From IMG/VR virus record IMGVR_UViG_3300028840_006907, positions 64,001-128,000 of that record: a DNA stretch of 64,000 bases. One strand, 5' to 3'. Positions 10,321 through 18,273 of this stretch are shown here, one piece after another. The stretch's first letter is position 1; each line of letters opens with the position of its first letter. Source of the stretch: a virus. Both the position numbers and the translations under genes were made by a program. Under the pieces are notes generated by a model. That model worked only from the letters and a program-made list of their open reading frames with translations. It did no database searches and was not told the DNA's origin.

Positions 10321-10572
10321 ATGTTTAAAGGACTGATCAATTCGATTAAGGAAGATAACGGTAATGCTTCTTCTACCAGATTTATTATGTATGGTACTGG
10401 AGCTGTTGTCTTAGGGACATATCTTTTTCATAACATACTTTCTGCAGTAAGAGGAGGAGAATTTATTGATTTCCCAGTAAACAGTGTCGTTGTTCTTGGT
10501 ATCGTTCTGACGGGTAAAGTTACACAGAAATTCGCTGAGTTTAAAGGTAGCAATGGGAAGACAGATGCTTAA
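10321..10572 (+). CDS. small membrane protein
   Basis: Two hydrophobic segments; ORF track. Confidence 0.5.
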   Translation: MFKGLINSIKEDNGNASSTRFIMYGTGAVVLGTYLFHNILSAVRGGEFIDFPVNSVVVLGIVLTGKVTQKFAEFKGSNGKTDA

Positions 10573-10726
10573 GTTTCTTCGTGCTTTAAAGGAAAAAATA
10601 AAACCAGCAAATCCTACTCGTAGAAGTACTGTGATTAAATATTTAATGAGTCACCCTTTTGATAAACACACAAAATTAATCCCATTTGATAAATATTTAA
10701 AAAATATCCGGAAAAAGCATTCATGA
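10565..10726 (+). CDS. small basic hypothetical protein (53 aa)
   Basis: ATG overlaps the upstream stop; hand-translated. Confidence 0.3.
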   Translation: MLKFLRALKEKIKPANPTRRSTVIKYLMSHPFDKHTKLIPFDKYLKNIRKKHS

Positions 10727-10976
10727 AATGTCCCTTTATATAGAAGGAGATTGTCATGAATGTAATAAAACTAGAAGACTGCAGGAAATATTTCAAAGAT
10801 GAAGGAAATTTTAGGAAATTTGTGGAAACTTTTGGAAATTTTTTTAAAAAAGTTTCTCTTATCTTATCCTTGGTGATGATATTATAGGCACAACTTTAAC
10901 TCCTGAGTCCACCAAGGAATATATTATCGAAAGAATTTTAAAGAGGGAAGATATCCTGATAAAGGTTATAGAGGAG

Positions 10977-11540
10977 TTATAGGGATTTATTTGCGTGTGG
11001 AAAAGGTTTAACCACAATTTCTCGATCCAGGAACTTGCACAATGTTGCATATTTATTTTTATCTTCAATATCTATGAGTAGGAATCGGGGTTTGTCTTTG
11101 AAGAACTCTATGATTTCTTCATTCCTCTTATGGTATCGATCTATTATTTCAGCTTTGTTCTCTGGAATAAATTCAATCTTCCATATCCAGTTATACATGA
11201 CTTGTGCATTTTTTAATTGAATCCAATTTAAAACTGAGTTAAACCATTTCTCGGGATCCCGGGTCAAATGAATGAAGTAGGCATCGGGGAACATATCATA
11301 GAGCATTTCATGACTCCCTTCTAAATTGAAAGGGATATCACAAAATAAATTGGCTGTATATTTTCTTAATCGAAAAGCTTTAAAAAGTTGAATCATATTT
11401 TCTTTGGAATGTTTAAGTCCACCTCCAAGATAGAGTCCATATGCTTTAGTAGAGGGAATAGGGTTGAAACCAAGCTTTTTTATGGCTTGTTCCATAGAGG
11501 TTGTACCGGTTTTATTTGAGCCTATACAAAAGACTTTCAT
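10977..11540 (-). CDS. sulfotransferase-family protein
   Basis: N-terminal MKVFCIGSNKTGTTS, a PAPS-binding P-loop-like motif typical of sulfotransferases. Confidence 0.55.
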   Translation of the reverse strand: MKVFCIGSNKTGTTSMEQAIKKLGFNPIPSTKAYGLYLGGGLKHSKENMIQLFKAFRLRKYTANLFCDIPFNLEGSHEMLYDMFPDAYFIHLTRDPEKWFNSVLNWIQLKNAQVMYNWIWKIEFIPENKAEIIDRYHKRNEEIIEFFKDKPRFLLIDIEDKNKYATLCKFLDREIVVKPFPHANKSL

Positions 11541-11705
11541 TTATGTATGATCTTTTTCCCATCTTGCTCTGAACGATTCACTTTCTTCTTCTATCCATTT
11601 ATGGATTGTGTCATCATTCACGTGGTTACCGGCTTCTCTTTCTTTTTTAAGGTGCTTCTCAATTTCCTTGATCTGGTCTTGCATAAATTCTTTTTGTCGT
11701 CCCAT
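11541..11705 (-). CDS. small charged protein (54 aa), or -1-frame C-terminus of the upstream Cys-rich ORF
   Basis: MGRQKEFMQDQIKEIEKHLKKE... Its stop abuts the sulfotransferase ATG. GGGAGG lies 9 nt upstream of its ATG. It overlaps the 3' end of the 11618..11983 ORF. Confidence 0.45.
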   Translation of the reverse strand: MGRQKEFMQDQIKEIEKHLKKEREAGNHVNDDTIHKWIEEESESFRARWEKDHT

Positions 11706-11983
11706 TCTTCCAGACCTCCCTTATTGAGAGTATCATTTTTAAGCGTTAAGTTCAAGTCTCTTAATGACATACATGGAACATCCCGTACTCGTTTGGAGTT
11801 CCATATAGGGCATACAGTATGATTACACCTATTAGGACCTAACCTACACTCGACATTAAAATGTCCAGGTTCTCCGGCATAGAGGAAATTTCGTTCTATG
11901 CAGTGCGCCTGGAATACCTGAAAAGGCATTATCTTTTCGACACTTACCCCGTTTTTATGTGATTTATTATTCATATTTTTCAT
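11618..11983 (-). CDS. Cys/His-rich hypothetical protein
   Basis: The track ORF extends to 12127, but that part overlaps CRISPR repeats. The likely start is MKNMNNK at 11983. Contains HC...ECRLGPNRCNHTVCP. Confidence 0.45.
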   Translation of the reverse strand: MKNMNNKSHKNGVSVEKIMPFQVFQAHCIERNFLYAGEPGHFNVECRLGPNRCNHTVCPIWNSKRVRDVPCMSLRDLNLTLKNDTLNKGGLEEWDDKKNLCKTRSRKLRSTLKKKEKPVTT

Positions 11984-12025
11984 TCTAGGAATGTAAAGTA
12001 TTAGAGGATTATTAAGGGGAGGGAA

Positions 12026-15018
12026 ACCCCGCTCAGATGCAGGGAAGAAGATTTCATTAAGAAGTTTTAGGAAGAGCCCCGCAGAGGAGGAACCTCGCAA
12101 GATGCGGGGAAAAGGAACTTCAGGCAATTGGCTGGGATTAGCCCCGCGAAGGTGCGGGGAAAACAGTTTCCATGAACTATATTAGGGAGAGCCCCGTTGA
12201 CACGGGGAAAAACCCGTCTTTACTTAGTGAGATCGAGGAAGGAACAGCCCCGTTGATACGGGGATAAAATAATATGACTTTTACGAATCCTCTAGGGACA
12301 GCCCTGCAGAGTGCAGGGAAAAGTAACGTCTGGGAATTGTTTAGGATTAGCCCCGCGAAGGTGCGGGGAAAGCCATAGATTTTATATTGACACAGGAAAA
12401 ACCCCGGTATAGTCCGGGGAAAAGTACGTAATCAAGATGTAAGAGGATTAGACCCGGCGAGTCCGGGAAAAGATTGGCCCAATCACTATTAAGTAGGGTG
12501 GGATAGCCCCGCAGAATGCAGGGAATAGATGCCTCACTTCATACCACTGCGTCAACCCCAGTAGAGTCCGGGGAACATGAGTGTAAATCTCTGTCGTAGG
12601 TTCAACCCCGGAGAGATCCAGGGGAAATGGGTACAACTTTGTGTACAAGGGGTAGCCCCGGAGAAATCCGAGGAAAATGAGTGTAAATCTGTGTTGAGGG
12701 TCCAGCCCCGCTCAGTGCAGGGAATATTAAGGGTCAAAACCGGTTGCCCCTGCGTCAACCCCGGTGAAGTCCGGGGAACATGAGTGTAAATCTCTGTGGT
12801 AGGATCAACCCCGCAGAGTGCAGGGAAAAATTGAACTTTTTAATCAACCCTGTAACAGCCCCGGAGTCAGTTTTGACAAGTCCGGGGGAATATCACTTCG
12901 TAAAGGAGTGGCTGTCAAGGGGGCAACCCCACAGAGATGTGGGGGAAAGTAAGCCAACGTTCCGGCATAGGCATAGCCCCTGAATTTACAGAGGGCAATT
13001 TTTCCAGTGTCCAGAAGAAGATGCAGGGAGAACCCCGGAAAGTCCAGGGGAAAATGTGTCACAGAACAACTCTTTGTGATCTCCAGGGTGAACCTCGCAG
13101 AGGTGCGGGGGAAAAGTGTCAATGAATACCAGTATGAGTCAGCCCCGGTATAGCCCGGGAATAATTACTTCTAGTCTGATAGAAGGTGCAACCCCGGGAA
13201 GTCCGGGGAAATCGGTCATAGCCATCTGGACCAGGAAGAACCCCGGTGAGATCCGGGGAAAAGGACGTTTAAATCCTGACATAGTAGCTAACTGAGGCGT
13301 AGCTCCGGTCGGGTCAGCCCTGCAGAGAGCAGGGAACAAACATAGGTAATAAATCGGCACGTGACAGCCCCGCAGAGAGGCGGGGATATATAGCGTGAGT
13401 TGCAGGGTAAGGTTCAACCCTTGTTTACCAAGGGAAAAATACCGGCAGATAAGAATTTAGGATGACCCCCGGTGAAAGTCCGGGGAAAATAATTAATACG
13501 CAAAACAGCAGGGCCAGTCCCGCGAGATGCAGGGAATGTTCAGCCAGTTTGTGTAATATTTCAGGAGACGGTGGTGCAACCCTGTCAAGGACAGGGATAT
13601 GCAACATCTGTGGCTCTACGAGGATCAGCCCCGGCAAGTCCGGGGAATTATCTTTTTATAAATGCCAAAAATAACAGTTGGGAGGGGCCAATTCCGCTGA
13701 TGCAGAAAGACATTTCATAATTAATATATTTATGGAAGAGCCCCGGTGAAATCCGGGGAAGTCAAGTAATTACAGCTCGCTGACCACTGGGGGTAGCCCC
13801 GGTAAGATCCGGGGAAAAGTTTGTTTTGAAACAAACGCTAGGAACAGCCCCGCTCAGGTGCGGGAGAATCACTGCATATTTGGTTAATGGCCCCCCTGAG
13901 TCAATCCCGCTCAGGTGCGGGGAAAATAAAGAGATAGACTAATTCAATATGCAGGAAGAACCCCGCTATATGCAGGAAAATTTAAAAAGTATGGATATCT
14001 CCTTGAGTCAACCCCGGAGATCCAGGGAAATGTAGGCACTCGTTGTCCTTTGTCGAAGTGTGAAGGGCAAACCTCGTTGATACGAGGAACAAATTTAGTT
14101 TTACTTTTGAATAAAAGTGGTCAAGCCCCGCTCAGGTGCAGGGAATAGATAAGTATACCGACGATAGCCAGGACAGCACCTGTGGTTTAGCCCTGCATGT
14201 GCAGGGAATAGTTGAGTTGAAGATTGAAGAAAAAGATAAAGTAGGGTCAGCTCTGCATGTGCAGAGAATAGCCTTTCTTCAAGCGTTGACTTGGGAGTAG
14301 GTGGGGATCAGCCCTGCACATGCAGGGAATAGAATGGTGAATCAAATTCCATTTTGTCAAAGAACGGCGACAGCCCTGCCAGTGCAGGGAATATGATTTT
14401 AACGATGGTAAAATTGGGAAGGGGTCAGCCCTGCACATGCAGGGAATAGTCGCTAGTTCAAATCCAATCGCCCCGACAGGATCAGCCCTGCATACGCAGG
14501 GAATAGAAAATACTGACGATAAACTAGCGATATGGGATCAGCCCTGCATACGCAGGGATATAGCTTGACGAATGGCCGTTTTAATGCCAGGAGTAACCCC
14601 GCTGCGAGGAATAGTCATTTCAAATATATAGGTAAAGCCCCGCGAAAGAGCGGGGGTATAATATGGCGGATTTTGTTCTATTGGTGGAATCCGGGCCATC
14701 CCCGTAGATTGACACGGGGAGATCTTTTAGAAATCTACCAAGGTGCCTTTCCGGAGTCATCCCCGTATATACGGGGGAGATTTCAATTCAGGGAATTTCG
14801 GTACAAAATTGGTCGGTTTATCCCCGTATACACGGGGAATATTGTTTCAATAGGGCATAGCAGATCTAGGATCGGGGAATCCCCGCAGGGGCGGGGAACA
14901 TCTCGGATTTATTAATCAAATTCAAACGTTTTTCGGGGAATCCCCGCAGGGGCGGGGAACATTGTTTTAAGAGGTGGTAGTTACCTCGTAGGGGAATCCC
15001 CGCAGGGGCGGGGAACAT
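12026..15018 (-). CRISPR. CRISPR array 1 with highly heterogeneous I-E-like repeats (~55 units)
   Basis: Three identical leader-proximal repeats, GGGGAATCCCCGCAGGGGCGGGGAACAT, start at 14874, 14935 and 14991. Read on the minus strand they are ATGTTCCCCGCCCCTGCGGGGATTCCCC, close to the type I-E consensus GTGTTCCCCGCGCCAGCGGGGATAAACCG. Hairpin units then continue every 49-62 bp down to ~12026. Confidence 0.9.
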
Positions 15019-15057
15019 ACTAAGTCATAATGCCATTCAAATCAAAGGTTTATAGGA

Positions 15058-15112
15058 ACCCTAATTTTCTACCAAAGAAAAATGTACTTGTCATGTATAA
15101 ATGTCAAAGAGC
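15058..15112 (-). promoter_or_regulatory. CRISPR leader, array 1
   Basis: accctaattttctaccaaa..gtacttg.c.t.tataaatgtcaaagagc is nearly identical to 22626-22677. The minus-strand reading contains TTGACA (15102-15107). Confidence 0.7.
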
Positions 15113-15127
15113 GTCAGAGAGAAATCC

Positions 15128-17359
15128 CTAGTGGATATACCGAATCCATTCATATCGAATTTTCATCGTTTTATAAGGAGCTTTTTTTCTCCCTGGAAAT
15201 ATGTTTCCTTCAAAAAGGAAAAATTTTTGAACAATTTTAAATTCAGCGTTTGATGGTGTCAAGCTCTGTGGTGCATAATCCGAACGCCAGTAATTATTAC
15301 AATATATAAATTTTTCTTCTCTGTCTTTTTGTATAAGGCCCGGAAACACCACTAAAACTATCTTTTCGTTTTCAATAACAATATCCCCTTGATAAATAGC
15401 TATTTCTAAATCCAGACCATCCTGCTCTATCACACGAGCATATTTCGAGAGTTTCCCATCAATCTTTACTTTAGCTTTAGGGGGAATATCAAAAGTTATC
15501 CATTCACCTTTTATGTCCTTAATGCTTTGAATAGGTTTTTTAACTGGAATTTCTTGAAAGACATGATCTTGGTATTCTGCTTTTTTAAGGATTTCTCCAT
15601 CTTTTTCCATATTAAGCAATAAAGCCTTTTCCATGATGTCTTTAAGTTCATAGAGATCTTTTTCAGTTAAGGGCTCTTTTGTTCCGAATACGATGGAACC
15701 TACATTCTCTAATCGAGCGATTTTATCAAAACCCTGTTTCCGGACAAAGTCTATGGTAATATGTTCTATTTTTCTATTTCTTGAAAGTCTTATGATTCTT
15801 ACAAATTCAGTTTTAATTGTGTCTTTGAAATTATCAAAACTTAAATGATCTTCTACGTAGGGATGATACAAATCCGCTATAAGACTTAATAAAATTTCTA
15901 TGTCTTCAGGTTTATCCTGTTTACGGTTGTAATCATAAGCTTTAATAATTTCTTGTCTCATTTCCATTAATATATCAGGAGCCATTATTTCACTTAAACT
16001 GGTAGATCCTTTTTTGTCCCGATAAAAGGGAGCTGTTGGAAGTAAGGGAATCCTGATAGCAGCACAAAGTTCTGACATTACAATTGAGGTTAAGAACAAA
16101 TTCAATCTGTCTGAATATAATGCCCTGATATTATTACGTTCTTCTTTTTTAATAGGTGGAACATAAATGTATAACCATATTTTATCTTTTTTAGGGTAAC
16201 ATCTGAAAATACGAAACATTATTTGAGAGAAGGTCACCTGACTCTTTCCATAACTTGTATTATGTAAAACAGCAGCAGGAGGCCAATCATACCCTTCATA
16301 GAATATTCTGCAAGATACGGCGACCCAGTATTTTTTATGATTACGTCTCAATAACTCTCTATTTTTTTTCTGAGTTTCCGGTGTGACTAAATCCAGTACT
16401 TTGGACGCAGGATATATTTCGTGAATAGCTTTTAAATATTTTTTAAGGGTTCCTTCCTCTCTGAACCGGTTCCCCATGTCAGGTAATATGACAATGTGTC
16501 TTTGATCTTTGTGCTCTTTCATATATCTAATGATCTGAGTAAGGGGATCTTTCCTATAGTGAGTGAAACGGAAATTGAATTCTTTGATTTTTATGATTGA
16601 GAGATAGTCATTTAATGGGATAACCCATTTTTCAAAATGATGTTTATAAGCATTGGGGACTATTTCTCCTCTGTCTGTGCGGTGGTAAGTAGCTGTATAA
16701 AAATTTACGTTACAAGTAGGTTCATGGATGGTACATACATCTCTGACAAAATCACCCAAATGAGTGGAATCTAGTGGGGTTGATTTTGAATGATGGCATT
16801 CATCTACATGTACAGTTAAATTTCTAAGGGCTTTCTTTTTTTCATAGTTGGTTAATTTTTCCCAGGTCATGACAAACCCTCTATGGGTAGCTGTAGCAAT
16901 AGGGCCTGTTATATGTTTTTCATTGTACGGGTATTTTCGAGGATCTGCTAAAAGGAATTCTTTAAGTCCTTTAATGGATTGAGGGTTTTCACTATTGAAT
17001 TTATGTTCTTTTGGTACTTCCCACAATCTTACCATACCTTTATATTTGATTTTTATTTGTCTATTTTGGGATCTGCAGAAATTTTCACCTATTTCTATTG
17101 TTGGTGCGATAAAGATATGTTTTCGAGTATTTTTAGATATTATGATTTCATCCAGGGATATGCATACTGCTAAAAAAGTTTTGCCGACTCCCCCTGGTGC
17201 ATCAAAGATCATGTATCTGAATTTTTTCCCATATTCTTTTGCATTGCATTGCCAGCCAGAGGGTATCATGATCCCTGATTCAAGTTTTTTATTATAGGTA
17301 CCAAGGTCAACCGGTTCTATTTTAATAGATTGCTGGAAAAGCGGTAATAGCTTTTTCAT
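15128..17359 (-). CDS. SF2 DExH helicase, Cas3'-like position, no HD nuclease domain
   Basis: Motif I APGGVGKT, motif II DECHH, motif III TAT, motif VI-like QIMFRIFR. Only ~55 aa precede the Walker A, so there is no room for an HD domain. Last gene of the cas operon. Confidence 0.75.
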   Translation of the reverse strand: MKKLLPLFQQSIKIEPVDLGTYNKKLESGIMIPSGWQCNAKEYGKKFRYMIFDAPGGVGKTFLAVCISLDEIIISKNTRKHIFIAPTIEIGENFCRSQNRQIKIKYKGMVRLWEVPKEHKFNSENPQSIKGLKEFLLADPRKYPYNEKHITGPIATATHRGFVMTWEKLTNYEKKKALRNLTVHVDECHHSKSTPLDSTHLGDFVRDVCTIHEPTCNVNFYTATYHRTDRGEIVPNAYKHHFEKWVIPLNDYLSIIKIKEFNFRFTHYRKDPLTQIIRYMKEHKDQRHIVILPDMGNRFREEGTLKKYLKAIHEIYPASKVLDLVTPETQKKNRELLRRNHKKYWVAVSCRIFYEGYDWPPAAVLHNTSYGKSQVTFSQIMFRIFRCYPKKDKIWLYIYVPPIKKEERNNIRALYSDRLNLFLTSIVMSELCAAIRIPLLPTAPFYRDKKGSTSLSEIMAPDILMEMRQEIIKAYDYNRKQDKPEDIEILLSLIADLYHPYVEDHLSFDNFKDTIKTEFVRIIRLSRNRKIEHITIDFVRKQGFDKIARLENVGSIVFGTKEPLTEKDLYELKDIMEKALLLNMEKDGEILKKAEYQDHVFQEIPVKKPIQSIKDIKGEWITFDIPPKAKVKIDGKLSKYARVIEQDGLDLEIAIYQGDIVIENEKIVLVVFPGLIQKDREEKFIYCNNYWRSDYAPQSLTPSNAEFKIVQKFFLFEGNIFPGRKKAPYKTMKIRYEWIRYIH

Positions 17360-17444
17360 TGTCTTTTTCCTCTCAAATAAGTCCTGGAAAGCCTTTTCAG
17401 GGGCTTTCCAGGATTAATGTACTGTGTATTCTATATCAACACTT

Positions 17445-17600
17445 TCAATCGTTTTTATCAATCTCCGTGGCTAATACCGACATAAATGACATTCCGGTTC
17501 CTCCTGGTAATTCAATAATAGAAGGTCTTTTGATGTTCTCTTCTAAATTCCTAGAAGCGAGTTGCCAAGAATAGGCTTTTATAGTTTTTGTATTATTCAT
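17445..17600 (-). CDS. 51-aa ORF resembling the helicase N-terminus (degenerate Walker A)
   Basis: YSWQLA...IIELPGGTGMSFMSVLATEI aligns with SGWQCNA...MIFDAPGGVGKTFLAVCISLDEI of the helicase. GGAG lies upstream. Confidence 0.4.
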   Translation of the reverse strand: MNNTKTIKAYSWQLASRNLEENIKRPSIIELPGGTGMSFMSVLATEIDKND

Positions 17601-17628
17601 TTTAAAATCTCCATATAAAAGGTTTATT

Positions 17629-18273
17629 TTAATAAGATTTATACGGTGCAATAAGCATCATACCACATCCGAAACCTTTACTCTTACCAATTCCATTATA
17701 AATAGTATTCACAAAAAGATTTTTATTGACTACCTGAAGGACTCCTCGTAAATCAATACTGAAAAAAGATACAACTTTACCATCTTTTTTTTTGAATTTA
17801 CAGAATTGAAAAGATTGAACGGAATGCTTTTGAATCATATTTTTAAAACCGTAACTTTGGCCACGTTTCTGAAGCCAATTCTTTGAGGATTCGTGAGCAA
17901 TGAAATTCCAATTATAGGGTTCATCAAGAACTTTCATTTCATTTGCCAGATCCGTCATGATTGAAACCTTTTTCCTGGTTTTCAATTTACAAACTTCGGC
18001 ATTGAGTCTGAGATCGTATTGAAGAAATATTCCAGATTTTAAATTATTTAAATCGAATACTTTTGTTTGTGTAGTGTATTCGTCCTCTGGAGGATTTGGT
18101 TTCTTTTTTGATATGATATAAAGTTCACCATTATAGAGATAATAAAGGAAATCTCTTACCCTGTTAGATCTTTGATCACCAAAAAATTCCCAGACTTTTT
18201 GATGAAGCTCATATATACCTTCGGTGGGAGAATATCTTCTCAAGCTGTCACTGTAAATTTTACTCAGAAACAT
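17629..18273 (-). CDS. cas6e: Cas6e (CasE) crRNA endoribonuclease
   Basis: MFLSKIY...YELHQKVWEFF...RDFLY and C-terminal GIGKSKGFGCGMMLIAP parallel E. coli CasE (MYLSKV...LHQGLW...GIGPAKSMGCGLLSLAP). AGGAGG lies 6 nt upstream of the ATG at 18273. Confidence 0.85.
   Translation of the reverse strand: MFLSKIYSDSLRRYSPTEGIYELHQKVWEFFGDQRSNRVRDFLYYLYNGELYIISKKKPNPPEDEYTTQTKVFDLNNLKSGIFLQYDLRLNAEVCKLKTRKKVSIMTDLANEMKVLDEPYNWNFIAHESSKNWLQKRGQSYGFKNMIQKHSVQSFQFCKFKKKDGKVVSFFSIDLRGVLQVVNKNLFVNTIYNGIGKSKGFGCGMMLIAPYKSY

Noticed and set aside
11984-12127. N-terminal extension of the 11618..12127 ORF.
   Set aside because: The extension runs across the first CRISPR units. An internal Met (MKNMNNK, 11983) is the more plausible start.
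12448-14915. Eleven track ORFs (60-130 aa, both strands) lying inside array 1, for example 12577..12783 and 12780..12983, which both begin MSVNLC.
   Set aside because: They are translations of GC-rich CRISPR repeats and duplicated spacers. They overlap each other on both strands and have no RBS or coding-like composition.
15102-15107. A confident sigma70 promoter call in the CRISPR leaders, based on the conserved TTGACA.
   Set aside because: The best -10 candidates (TACATT, TACTTT) sit at a 15-nt spacing and are weak. I kept only a leader annotation, not a firm promoter.
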